Shown: positions 48,353 to 61,326 of the stretch, piece by piece
Layout: each line of letters opens with the position of its first letter
How positions within the stretch are numbered: the stretch's first letter is position 1
Source of the DNA: Heterodontus francisci
Taxonomy: Eukaryota
DNA: 64,000 bases
Reading direction: 5' to 3'
Assembly (NCBI RefSeq): GCF_036365525.1
Contig: NC_090411.1
Coordinates: forward strand, 26,920,819 to 26,984,818
Made by a program: the position numbers and the translations under genes
The notes under the pieces: generated by a model
Seen by the model: the letters and a program-made list of their open reading frames with translations, nothing else
The model's database searches: none
Told to the model about the DNA's origin: nothing

Positions 48353-50997
48353 ATTATATTGCGTCAATCTTCAAAGGTACAACTGTATATTTTATCACCT
48401 TCAATTGCTATCAGACAGCCTTTCCCACATGTGCAGTGTGCACTGTGGATTCAGCTTCTCTCAGCTCAATGTTCTGCTCAATACAAGTGTTTAATTTGGT
48501 GGACTTCCATGAAATGATACTGGCTAAATATCCTACCATGTCCTGGGCTGAGTGGTCAGTAAAATAGCTGCTGATATTTTGTCAACTTTGTGATTATTTA
48601 GATGCCTAAGCTCCCATATGACAATCTGGGATTGGGAGTGCAGCAGGATCATTTGTAGCAAATGAGATTGGGTCAGATCCAATTGGGGAGCTGGAACAGC
48701 ATCCCTCAAACCACAGTTGGCCTGCCAGTCACATTGAGTCTCCCCTAGTTATAGTGAGAATTTACAGTCAATTTTATGCTTAAAAAAAACTCTAAATTCT
48801 CCAATTATTTGAATTAAGCAGCACAGCAAAAAAAAACTTGCATTTATTTAGCGCCTGTCAGAACCACAGGGCATCCCAAAGTGCTTTGCAGCCAATGAAG
48901 GAATGTAGGAAACACGATAGCCAATTTACACAAAGCAAGTTCCCACAAACAGCAATGCGCTAATGACTAGATTTTTCTTTTAGTGACACTGAAAACTTTG
49001 GGCAAAAGATGCAGGGGGAATATGAAGGCGCATTTTTTTACGCATTGGGTGGTAATGACTTGGAACTTGATACCCACAAGGGCAGTGGAAGAGCAGACAA
49101 TCACTGACTTCTAGAGGAAGTTGGATGGCCACCTGACAGAGATAGACTTACTGGACTATGGGGATCAAGCCGGGGAGTGAAACTGACAGCATAGCTCCAT
49201 GAAGAGAGACCTGATGGGTTGAATGGCTCCTTCTGCACTGTAAATGACACCATACTGGTTGAGGAATAAATACTGGCTTAGGGCACTGGGGAGAACTCCC
49301 TGCTCCTCTTCGAAGTAGTACCCTGGGATCTTTTGCATCCACCCGAGAGGGCAGTCTGAACCTTTGTTTAACGTCCCATCTGAAAGCACTCCCTCAATAC
49401 TGCACTGGAGTGTCAACCTTGAGCTTTGTGCTCTGGAGTGGGACATGAACCCACCTTCTTCTGACTCAGACAAAAGTGCTACCCACTGAACCACAGCTGA
49501 CGGTGGGGGAGGTTTCGTGCTAAAGAAATTTGATCAGACAATTTGGGCTATGACTTTGAATTAAAGGGGGTAACGTGTTGATAGCATGTAAAGAAGGATG
49601 AAACCAAATGGCACAGTCATTCCTTTTGTTGCATTATTCTTGCTTTATTTTTAAGCTCTTTAATGCGGATCCTGGTGAAGGCTATTAAAATTGGGAAGTG
49701 GACCACTTACCAATTCACTGTCACCATCAAGCATTCTGAGATTAGCTATACTCAGAGTAAAGCTCCTCTTCCTCTGTGTTGCTTCAGTCCCATCCTTAGA
49801 GAACCCCTTATTGAACCAGTGTGGTATTTTTCCACTTCTCAAAGGAGCCACTCTGTGATTTATTCAGGTGAAATTGCCATTTCAAAACCAAACTCTTACA
49901 CATTCCTTTTACATCACTACCAACCACTCCTCCCCCCTTGCTACCCAGCAATGTTCCTTTCATTACCTGTGATTATGTGTTTCTGAATTTAATTGCTGGG
50001 ATAATGTTTTGTTAATGGGAAGATGAGAAATGTATTTGGGTAAATATTATCGTTGGCCTGAGTATTTGTATGGCCTGTTTTGTATCCATTAAGTTACCTC
50101 ACGTGATCAACTCTGCTAATTTGCACTTTCTGCAGAAAGGGGTAGAGCTGCAGATTAGGATCCTCAAAGCACCAGTAAAAATACAAAATCCCTCGCAATA
50201 AAAACTAAATTTACTTATTCAAACACCATAAACTACTGAAACCTAATTATAAATGGGCAGCATTACAGAATGAGATCCCAAAACACTGGTAAAAATCCTG
50301 TAATAAAAATGTAATTTTAGTTTTTCGATCATGCAAAAGCAATAATCCTCGTAATTGAAGATATCACTCCTAAATTTACATTTAATTTTCTTTGTTCCTC
50401 ATCTCGCCCCCTGCAGAAAAATTTGATTTAAGTATGCACCAAAGCAAGTTATAAAATAACATCAGGCTAATGCTTCTGATGTTGATTTTATGAAATTTAT
50501 AATGTTGTGTGTCAATTGTCAGCAATTGTGCATCTGGGTCAGACGATTATGGGTTTGTGCAGCACACCATGGTTTCAGCTCATAATCCAGATTGATATTC
50601 CAATGCTGCAATGAGGGTGAGCTGAATCGTTGGAAATGTCATCCGCAGTTGAAACATTAAACCTGAGGTTCTGCGTGCCTGTTCCTGTGAATCAGAGACA
50701 TTATTGCATCTGATGGTACTGTTCACAGAGCTGGGGCTTCTAGTGTCTTTGCAAACATTCCTCCCCCAACTAACACCATCAAAAAAAGTACAGACGGGTT
50801 CATCTTGTGGCTGTTCCTGATGCAGAATAGTTGCCATGTTCACTTTAAAATAAAAGCACAACAAAAGTAATTAATTGGGTGAAGCATCTTGAACCTTATT
50901 AATATGACATATGAATCATAGTTTATGAAATAAACAGAAAATACTATTGATTACAATAAATAGCCTTTTAAATAAAAATTCATGCCCATTTGAAAGA

Positions 50998-51440
50998 AAA
51001 ACTTGCATTTATTTAACTCATTTTACCACCTCGGAGCATCCCAAAGCGCTTTACAGCCAATTAAGCACTTTTGAAGTGTAGTCACTGTTGTAATGTAGAA
51101 AACTTATCAATAAATTTGTGCATAGCAAGGTCCCATGAACAACAGTGAAATAATGACCAGGTAATCTGCTTTTTTGTGATAGTTGTGGGATAAACATTAG
51201 TCAGAGCACTGAGGAAAACTTCCCTGCTCCTCTTCGAATCATGTCATTTTACATCCGCTTGAGAGAATAGATGGGGCCTTAGTTTAACGTTTCACCCTGA
51301 AAGGCTGCACTTCTAACAGTGCAGCACTCTCTCAGTACTGCACTGAAGTGTCACCTTAGATTAAGTGCTTGTGTCTCTGGGGTGACTTGAACCCATAACC
51401 TTCTGACTTGGGTGAGCATACTACTCATTAAGCCAAGGCT
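50998..51440 (-). mobile_element. Deu-domain SINE, near full length
   Basis: Tail ACTTGCATTTAT..CCCAAAGCGCTTTACAGCCAA through the Deu core to the head GACTTGAACCCATAACCTTCTGACT. A further copy lies at ~51630-51970. Confidence 0.75.
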
Positions 51441-52182
51441 GCCAACTTTGAGAGCTTTTATCTGTATGTTAAATGTTCATCATGTAGGTTATGTGGAAAT
51501 TGAGCTTAACCTACACAACAACCTTGCATTCCCCCTGCAGGCACACAGTGTCATATTTGAACGCTTGAGACCAAGACTTTCCCAAAGTCTGCAACACCTC
51601 ATCACTTCGACCTCTTTATAATCAATGGATTACTTTTGAAGTGCAGTCATTATTATATAGATAGACATGCCAGCCAATTTGAGCACAGCGCTATCCCCCA
51701 CACAGCAGTGAGATGTACAGCCAGTTAAGCTGTTGGTTAAGAGATGAATGTTGTCCAGGTTGGTGAGCAAACTCCCTACTGTTCTTCAGGTATTGCCATT
51801 TATCTTTTACATCCACTTGAGCAAGTAGACAGTGCCTTGGGTTAAGTCTGAGAGGTAGTGCCTCCAATAATGTAAGACTTACTCAATACGGCGCTGAAGT
51901 ATGACCTTGGAGTGGAACTTGAACCCATGACCATGTGACTCAGCAGCGAAAGTTCTACCCAGTGACTCATAACGCATCAGTAGCAATTTTTGTTGGTTTT
52001 GGTAGCAACAGTTTTCCAACATATATCTTAACATATCCTGATGTAGGCCACATTCATAATTGCAACTGTGCTGCGAGAGGCTCCTCCCTAGTGGAAGAGG
52101 GAGGAGAACAAGGGGATTGAGAGAAAGTTGTCTTCTGTTCTTTGCATTTAGAGGGTATTGGCACAGGCCTTAGAGCTAGTTA

Positions 52183-53492
52183 CATAGTCGTACAGCATAG
52201 AAACAGGCCCTTTGGCCCACCGCATCCATGCCGACCATAATGCCTATCTATACTAATCCCACCTGCCTGCATTAATTCCATATCCCTCTATGCCTTTCTC
52301 ATTCAAGTACCTGTCCAGATGCCTCTTAAATGTTGCTACTGTTCCTGCCTCCACCACCACCTCCGGCAGCTCATTCCCGATACCCACTATTCTTTGTGTG
52401 GAAAAGTTTACCCCTTTGATGCTCTTTAAACCTCCTCCCTCTCACCTTAAATCTATGCCCTCTAGTTTTAGTCCCACCATGGGAAACAGACTTTGGCTAT
52501 CTATCCTATCTGTGCCCCTCATAATTTTATATACCTCTATCATGTCCCCTCTTAGCCTCCTTCCCTCCAGGGAAAACAGACCCAGCCTATCCAATCTCTC
52601 TTTATAACTCAAGCCCTCCAAACCAGGCAACATCCTTGTGGATCTTTTCTGCACCCTCTCTAGCTTAATCACATCTTTCCTGTAGCGCAGCGACCAGAAC
52701 TGCACACAGTACTCCAAATGCAGCCTAACCAACGTTATGTACAACTGTAACATGACATCCCAACTCATGCCATAAGCATGCCATAAGCCTTCTTCACCAC
52801 CCTGTCTACCTGTGTTGCCACTTTCAGGGAACTATGTACTTGTACCCCAAGGTCTCTCTGCTCAACAACACCCCCCAGGGCCCTGCCATTCACTGTATAT
52901 GTCCTCCCCGGTTTAACTTCCCAAAATGCATCACTTCGCACTTGTCTGTGTTAAATTCCATTTGCCAATCCCTTGCCCACTTTCCCAGTTTATCTATATT
53001 CTGTTGTAACCTTAGACAACCTTCTTCACTGTCCACTATACCACCAATTTTGGTGTCATCTGCACACTTACTAATCATGCTCCCTACATTCACATCCAAC
53101 TCATTAATATATATGACAAACAACAAAGGGCCCAGTACCGATCCCTGCAGCACACCACTGGTCACCGGCCTCCAATCTGAAAAACAACTTTCCACTGCCA
53201 CCCTCTGCCTCCTGTCACCAAGCCAATTTTGTATCCAATTGGCTAGCTCACCCTGGATCTCAAATGTTTGAACCTTCCGGACCAGCCTACCATGCGGGAC
53301 CTTGTCAAAGGCCTTGCTAAAGTCCATGTCGACAACGTCCATCACCCTGCCCTCGTCAATCCTCTTGATCACCTCCTCACCTCAAATTCGTGAGACATGA
53401 TTTCCCACGCACAAAGCCATGCTGACTATCCCTAATCAGACCTTGCCTTTCCAAATGCATATAAATCCTGTCTCTCAGAATCCCTTCCAATA
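52183..53492 (-). mobile_element. CR1 LINE 3' fragment with RT domain remnant
   Basis: DFSKAFDKVPH..GVLQGSVLGPLLFVIYIN..ISKCADDTK and YITLVRLHLEYCVQFWS, frameshifted. Confidence 0.92.
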
Positions 53493-53989
53493 ATATTCAT
53501 TCCCATAAAAGCGGGGAGGGGGCAGTGGTGAAGAAAGGAAGCTTTTTTTATAACTGGGAAGAGCACAACTTGGGTAGAAAATGGAGAAGTTTCATACCCT
53601 CCAAAGCGCACTGTACAAATGTATTCTAAGGTGAAAAACTCAGATGATCTGAAGCCCAGACCCTGCTTCTATACTACAAATGCAGAGTCCATTGCAACTG
53701 TGGCAAATTGAAACAATGTATGACTAACAATATTGTGCAATTAACGGTTTCACAATAATTGACCCTCCTTTTACCTGTTGCATCACTGCCAGGATCATGG
53801 GCAGACAACAATGAAGTGCAGCATTGAATTAAAAGAGCTGTATTTTTAGTGCAGGGGGAGGCTTGTCCATTCATTCCCAAATGGCACACAGGTCACAAAA
53901 AACTCAGGTGGTTGCAGAACAGTTGTCAGCTGTTGCTAATATCTGCATCTACCTGATATAATAAGAGTAATTGGTCAACGTTGTAGCGG

Positions 53990-54295
53990 CAGAAGCAAAA
54001 TGCTGTGGATCCTGGAAATCTGAAATAAAAACAGCAACTGCTGGAACCACTCAGCAGGTCAGGCAGTGTCTGTGGAGAGAGAAACAGAGTTAGCAAAGTT
54101 TCAGGTTGATGAGCTTTCGCCAGAACTGAAGAAAGTTAGAGATGTAATGGGCTTTAAACAAGTACAGAGGCAGGGAAAGTGGGGTAGAGGAAGAAAGAGC
54201 AAATGTCTGTGATAGGGTGGAGGGCAGGAGAGATTAAATAACAAAAAAGGATGATAGTGCAAGGCAAAAGGGGCTGGTAATGGGGCAAGTTTTTT
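53990..54295 (-). mobile_element. Short Penelope-tail repeat
   Basis: Same family as 5460-5748. Degenerate hammerhead-like motif at 54088-54127. Confidence 0.65.
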
Positions 54296-54307
54296 AAAAA
54301 AACAAAA

Positions 54308-56798
54308 GAAATGGCAGACCAATTAAATACATACTTTGGTTTTGTCTTCACAAAGCAGGACGCAAATTACCTCCCAGAAATGTTGGGGAACATGTGGTCT
54401 AGTGAGAAGGAGGAACTGTATGAAATGAGTATTAGTAGGGAAATTGATGGGAGTGAAGGCCAATAAATCCCCAGGGCCTGATAATCTACATCCCAGAGTA
54501 CTTAAGGAAGTGGTTCTTCAAATAGTAAATGCATTGTTGGTCATTTTTCAAAATTATATAGACTCTGGAACAGTTCCAACAGATTGGAGGGTAGCTAATG
54601 TAACCCCATTATTTAAAAAAGGAGGCAGAGAGAAAACGGGATTATAGACCGGTTAGGCTGACATCAGTAGTGGGGAAAGTGCTACAGTCCATTATAAAAG
54701 ATGTAATAGCAGAGCATTTGGAACGCAGTGACATGATCGGACAAAGTCAGCATGGATTTACGAAAGGGAAATCATGCTTGACAAATCTACTGCAATTTTT
54801 TGAGGATTTAACTAGTATAATAGATAAGAGAGAACCAGTGGTGTGGTGTATTTGGACTTTCAGAAGGCTTTCGATAAGGTCCCACATAAGAGATTAGCAT
54901 GCAAAATTAAAGCACATGGGATTGGGGGTAAGGTACTGACATGGATAGAGAATTGGTTGGCAGACAGGAAACAACGAGTAGGAATAAACGGGTTTTTTCC
55001 CCGAGCGGCAGGCAGTGACTAGTGGGGTACTGCAGGGATTAGTGCTAGGATCCCAGCTATTCACAATATATATTAATGATCCAGATGAGGGAATTAAATG
55101 TAATATATCCAAGTTTGCACCTACACTGTTTGGCATTTTCTTCTCCCTGCTGCTCTCACATGCGTTCAAGTCTTCAGAAGAAGAAATTTTCCTCCACACA
55201 AGATCAGGTGGCAGGTTGTTCAACCTTGCCCGCCTAAGAGCGAAGACCAAAGCACAGAAAGTCCTCATCAGGGAACTCCTCTTTGCTGATGATGCTGCAT
55301 TAGCATCTCACACTGAAGAGTGTCTGCAGAGTCTCATCGGCAGGTTTGCGGCTGCCTGCAACGAATTTGGCATAACCATCAGCCTCAAGAAAACGAACAT
55401 CGTGGGACAGGGCGTCAGAAATGCTCCATCCATCAATATCGGCGACCACGCTCTGGAAGTGGTTCAAGAGTTCACCTACCTAGGCTCAACTATCACCAGT
55501 AACCTGTCTCTAGATGCAGAAATCAACAAGGGCATGGGAAAGGCTTCCACTGCTATGTCCAGACAGGCCAAGAGAGTGTGGGAAAATGTCGCACTGACAC
55601 AGAACACAAAGGTCCGAGTGTATCAAGCCTGTGTCCTCAGTACCTTGCTCTACGGCAGCGAGGCCTGGACAACGTATGTCAGCCAAGAGCGACGTCTCAA
55701 TTCATTCCATCTTCGCTGCCTCAGGAGAATCCTTGGCGTCAGGTGGCAGGACCGCATCTCCAACACAGAAGTCCTCGAGGCGGCCAACATCCACAGCTTA
55801 TACACACTACTGAGTCAGCGGCACTTGAGATGGCTTGGCCATGTGAGCCCCATGGAAGATGGCAGGATCCCCAAGGACACATTGTACAGCGAACTCGCCA
55901 CTGGTATCAGACCTACCGGCCGTCCATGTCTCCGCTTTAAAGACGTCTGCAAACGCGACATGAAGTCCTGTAACATTGATCACAAGTCGTGGGAGTCAGT
56001 TACCAGCGATCGCCAGAGCTGGCAGGCAGCCATAAAGGCGGGGCTAAAGTGTGGCAAGTCGAAGAGACTTAGCAGTTGGCAGGAAAAAAGACAGAAGCGC
56101 AGGGGAGAGCCAACTGCGCAACAGCCCCGGCAACCAATTTTTTCTGCAGCACCTGTGGAAGAGTTTGTCACTCTAGTATTGGCCTTTATAGCCACTCCAG
56201 GCGCTGCTCCACAAACCACTGACCACCTCCAGGCGCTTCTCCATTGTCTCCCGAGACAAGGAGGCCAAAGAAGAAGAGCAGATGACACAAAGCTGGGTGG
56301 AAGTGTGAGCTGTGAGGAGGATGCAGAGAAGCTCCAATGTGATTTGGACAGGTTGAGTGAGTGGGCAAATACATGACAGATGCAGTATATTGTGGATAAA
56401 CGTGAGGTTAAACATGAAGACTGAGGGGTGACCTGATCGAGGTGTACAAGATTGAGGGGCATGAACAGGGTGGATAGGGAGCAGCTGTTCCCAGTTGAAG
56501 GGTCAGTTACGAGGGGTCACAAGTTTAAGGTGAGGGGCGGGAGGTTTAAGGAGGATTTGAGGAAGAACATTTTTACCCAGAGGGTGGTGACGGTCTGGAA
56601 TGCACTGCCTGGAAGGGTGGTCGAGGTGTGTTGCCTCACATCCTTTAAAAAGTACCTGGATGAGCACTTGGCACGTCATAACATTCAAGGCTATGGGCCA
56701 AGTGCTGGCAAATGGGATTAGGTGGACAGGTCAGGTGTCTTTAATGCATCTGTGCTGACTCGATGGGCCGAAGGGCCTCTTCACTATTATTCTGTGTG
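54308..56798 (+). mobile_element. CR1 LINE fragment interrupted by an RTE insertion
   Basis: KSPGPDNLHPRVLKE, DWRVANVTPLFKKG, SQHGFTKGKSCLTNLL, ISKFA|ADDTKLGG, and 3' end FTQRVVTVWNALP. Confidence 0.9.
55120..56277 (+). mobile_element. RTE-clade LINE 3' fragment (same family as 22019-24769) nested in CR1
   Basis: PTLFGIFFSLLLSHAFKSSEE..LFADD..SWQEKRQ is nearly identical to the first copy. Tail CCAAAGAAGAAGA. GCA is duplicated at 55117-55119 and 56278-56280. Confidence 0.93.
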
Positions 56799-56799
56799 A

Positions 56800-57050
56800 T
56801 TACCATCCCTTTTTGCCTCACATCATCAGCTCTTTTGTCACTTAATCTCTCCTGCCTTCCACACTATCTCAGACCTTCCCTTTTGTTCTCCCCAACATTT
56901 CCCTGTCTCTGTACACACTTAAAACCTGTTACATTTCTTAACCTCTTCCAGTTCTGATGAAAGGTCTTAACCCTGAAATGTGAAATCTGTTTCTGTCTCC
57001 ACAGATGCTACCAGACCTGCTGAATATTTACAGCATTTTCTGTTTTCATA
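56800..57050 (+). mobile_element. Short Penelope-tail repeat with hammerhead-like core
   Basis: AGTTCTGATGAAAGG..CCTGAAA at 56950-56978, followed by CACAGATGCTACCAGACCTGCTGA. Confidence 0.65.
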
Positions 57051-58835
57051 TTGGTATAGTGGTAGATATTGGTTACTGCAAGCATATAGGAATAATTAGG
57101 CCTTTGCATTCTGGCATGACTTCTGGTGCATCCAACTGAGGAAAGGAACAGGTCTGGTTTGGTTTCTGCCTTTCATCTTTGACTTTCCCAAAGTGGTAAA
57201 TCTTTACATGCAAGTCATGATCTGGAATGCATTGGCTGAAAGGCTAGCGGAACCAGATTCAATAGTAACTTTCAAAAGGGAATTGGATAAAAATTTGAAA
57301 GGAAGGGGCTAATAGGAAAGAGCAGGGAAGTGGGACTAATTGGATCGCTCTTTCAAAGAGCTGGCACAGGCACAATGGGACAAACGGCCTCCTCCTGTAC
57401 TGTGTAATTCTGTAAACCTGCACACCAGAGTGTCTGCAAGCTGTGTGACTGTGTGTGGGAGATCAGAACCGAGCCCAATAATATTTCGACCTGGCATCTG
57501 CTTGACTGCATTTTCTGTCAGGGTTCACATGGATTATGACCAGGGAGAGGGGGAGCTCCAAGATGATTTCCGTTCCCTCCTCCCGCACCCCCACCTCTTG
57601 CCCCATTCCTCTCCCTACTGGGATCTTGCTGGCCCAATTGTTTACCTGTCTGAAGTGAGAAAACTCGGCATAGAGCAGCAGTCAAACCCTGGGCCTTCCT
57701 GTTCTGCGTGACTCAGTATGACAGTGAGTGAGACCATCACCCACTAAACCATCAGGGAGGAAATTTAGCTCCAGAATTCAGAGTTCAGTTTAATTTGCTT
57801 TGCCACAAAAAAGGGCTTCTGCTTTTTTTTTTCTGCAACTGTTGTTTAAACATCAAAATTGGTAGAAAAATACTTCTTTCAGCCTAGTTGGGAGTCTCGC
57901 ATTGGTGCTGTAGTGTGGATAGCTGTGGTTAAAGCAGGCCACTGGAACAGTGTAGAGGAACCTTGCATACTTCTGGCTTCCAAGTGCTTCATGGAGTTGG
58001 AGAGCATGATTTACGCTGCATGTAATCGGTGTTGTGCTTAACCTGGGAGTGCTTGATGGACCAGTGCAAAGAGGGCTTTATGTTGCATGTAATATCATTT
58101 GGCCAACTTGATGTAGAGTGCTTGATGCTGACGCTAATTATAGTGGGAAGTGTTCCATTGCTGTCCCTCATGAACACAAAATTAACCTAAAATGTTGATT
58201 CAGATGTGATTTTTTTTTAAAAGGAGCTCTCAAGCTTGGCGCTCGGGCTTTCTCTCTTGCTCCCATGCGCACACCCATTGCAGTGCTGAAAAGAGAAAAA
58301 TATTCACTGTTCCTCACTTCTGTTATCCTGATTCCTTAGCATTCTTGTATCTTAGTGCAGGGCACGTATAATATCAACAGGGAGGATATTGAGATCCTTT
58401 GTAAAGTTTTGGATTCACCGGAACCATTTGTGTTGTTGCCAGCTTATCCATCATATTAGTACCAATGTGCTCTGGGGATTGGGGAAGTTGCACTTAAGCC
58501 AGTACACTGCAGTTTTGTGCAATACCCTTCTGATCTGATCCTTTACTGTGTTAAATTGTTACCATCTCTGCTGCTGCCATTTGCAGACTTGTAATCACCA
58601 GAACTTCGCCCTGGTGTTATGTAGCTCAAAATGCTCTCTCCAGACAAACCCTAGTTTGGAAGGATGAGACGTATAATTGTACTGCTGGGTGTGTTCAGTA
58701 TGAAAATGTCACACACCCTGTACTGAAATCCTAGTAACGCAAATGGACTAGTTTCCCTGAAAGGGCCTTTTTATAATACAGTAAATGGCTTTCACTGGGA
58801 ATGTTTAATCTATAAGTTAAAATATCTCATTCCAG

Positions 58836-59022
58836 GTACCCTAATATATCCTGTGAGATCCTGACAGCTGATGTGACACAGGTTAATGATGCACTGGGCG
58901 AGGATGAGTCTCTGCTGAGCCGTCTCTATGCCTTCCTGCAAAACGACAATGTACTTAACCCTTTGTTGGCAAGCTTCTTCAGTAAAGTAATGGGCATCCT
59001 CATCAATAGGAAGAGCGAACAG
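58836..59022 (+). CDS. PPP6R1: PPP6R1 second coding exon; the gene continues beyond the window
   Basis: TTCCAG| and |GTACGT, 187 nt, phase 2 to 0. [32 protein letters not shown] is the PPP6R1-type sequence (PPP6R3 has KVLSILISRK). Adjacency to HSPBP1 supports the call. Confidence 0.92.
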
Positions 59023-59242
59023 GTACGTGACTGGATTTTTTGTTTATTTGAGCGCAGTGTTGTCCTGTTTGTTTTACTGGGAGTTGCAGGGTTTGAAGAT
59101 GGTTGTATTGTGTCCAGATCAAGAATAAATGCTTCCATTTATTAGGCACCTTTAATGTAGCGAAACATCCCAGGGCACTTCATATGAGCATATTAGAACA
59201 CACTAACATTGAGCCAAAGAAGGAAATATTAGGACTTTTTAA

Positions 59243-60370
59243 AATTCTTTCATGGGATGTGAGTGTCGCTGGCAAGGCCAGCATTTGTTGCCCATCCCTA
59301 ATTGCCCTTCAGAAGGTGGTGATGAGCCACCGCTTTGAACCGCTGCTGTCCATATGGTGTAGATACACCCACAGTGCTGTAAGGGAGGAAGTTCTAGGTT
59401 TTTGACCCAGCAACAGTGAAGGAATGGCAATATATTTCCAAATCAGGATGGTGTGTTACTTGGAGGGGAACTTGCAGGTGGTGCTGTTCCCATCCGTCTG
59501 CTGCCCTTGACCCTCTGGGTGGTAGATGGTGCAGGTTAGGAAAGTGCTGCTGAAGTGCATCTTGTATATGGTGCACACTGCTACCACTGTGTGTCAGTGG
59601 TGGATGGGGTGCTGATCAAGCAGGCTGCTTTGTCATAGAGTCATAGAGAGACACAGCACTGAAACGGGCCCTTCAGCCCACCGAGTCTGTGCCGAACATC
59701 TACCACCCATTTTATACTAATCCTACATTAATCCCATGTCCCCTACCACATCCCCACCTTCCCTCAATTCTCCTACCACTTACTTGCACGAGGGGCAATT
59801 TACAATGGCCAATTTACCTATCAACCTGCAAGTCTTTGGCTGTGGGAGGAAACCGGAGTTACCAGCGGAAACCCACGCGGTCACAGGGAGAACTTGCAAA
59901 CTCCACACAGGCAGTACCCAGAACCGAACCCGGGTCGCTGGAGCTGTGAGGCTGCAATGCTAACCACTGCTGGAAGGTGTCGAGCTGCTTGAGTGTTGTT
60001 GTAGCTGCATTCATCCAGGCAAGTGGAGAGTATTCCATCACACTCCTGACTTGTGTCTTGGAGATGGCAGACAGGCTTTGTCCAGTCAGGAGGTGAGTTA
60101 CCTGCCCCAGAATTCCTGGCCTCTTAGCTGTTCTTATAGCCACGGTATTTATATGGCTTGTCCAGTTAAGTTTCTAGTCAATGGTAACCCCCAGGATGTT
60201 GACAGCAGGGGATTCAGCGATGGTAATGCCATTGAATGTCAAGGAGAGATGGTTAGATTCTCTCTAATTGGAGGCGGTCATTGCTTGGCACTTCTGTGGG
60301 GCGAGTGCTATGTGCCCCTTATCAGTCCAAGCCTGGGTGTTGTCCAGGTCTTGCTGCACGTGGACACTGA
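59243..60370 (-). mobile_element. CR1/L2-group LINE 3' fragment interrupted by an HE1-like SINE
   Basis: QVRSVMEYSPLAWMNAATTTLKQLDT and QQDLDNTQAWTDK remnants. The host sequence resumes at 59970. Confidence 0.78.
59635..59969 (-). mobile_element. HE1-like V-SINE (different subfamily)
   Basis: Head, V-domain and tail as in 30196-30531, with a different central segment. Confidence 0.82.
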
Positions 60371-61326
60371 CTGCTTGGCCAAAGAGATGGGTTTTAAGCA
60401 GAGGAGAGAGAATTTCTGAGTCACAGAGGTTTGGGGTGGAATTCCACAGCTTAGGGCCTAGACAGCTGAAGGTAATCATGGAATGAAGGAAGTTGGCGAT
60501 GCATAAGACTCCAGAGTTGGAGGAACACAGAGTTCTCAGAGGGTTGTAGGACTGGAGGAGGTTAGAGATGGGGAGCAGCGAGGCCATGGAGGGATTTGAA
60601 CACGAGGATGAGAATTTTAAAATTAATATATTGTGATCTGGAAGCCTTTGTAGATTTGCAGGCATGAGGACGATGGGTGAAAGGGACAAGTGCGACTTGA
60701 GGTTCAGGCAGCAGCGTAAATGGAGGGTAGAAGGTGGGAGGCCAGCCAGGAGAGGATTTGAAGAGTCAATTAGTGGAAAGAGTAGTGTAATTTGAAGCCA
60801 TTTAAAGTGTTATATGGATTGTGTTTCTTTCTATAGTCTTCCTGTGAGAGGGGGAGTTTCTGGGGAAAGAGGCAGGAAGCAGGCAGACACCACTGGGATC
60901 TGGATTGAGCACCATTCTAGACTGATGAGATGGGAGTCTGCTGACCAATGATCCTGTGTGAAATGTGTTTAGTCTCAACCTAGTTCCTCGTGGGAATAAG
61001 ACCATAAAACCAAACACTGCCTAATTTGACCAAGTTGACAATCTCATAGAGCACAGGATGATGAGTAAGGAATGGAAAAATGTTGTGCCTTCATAATTGA
61101 GGTGCTCACCTAAGGTTGTGACTGAGGAACATTGAGACAGGGATAGTTACATCTAAGTCTGCAATACCTGACTCAGAATTGCTGCTCCTGAGTAGCTTAT
61201 ATGGAATGTGCTCCATTCTCTTATACTAATCTTGATGAGAACAAACAGTTATCAAAAAAAGAGAGGTGCCTTCACAAATTACTGATGTTGGCTATGGTGA
61301 GGCTACAGGGAGGGGAAACTATGCAG

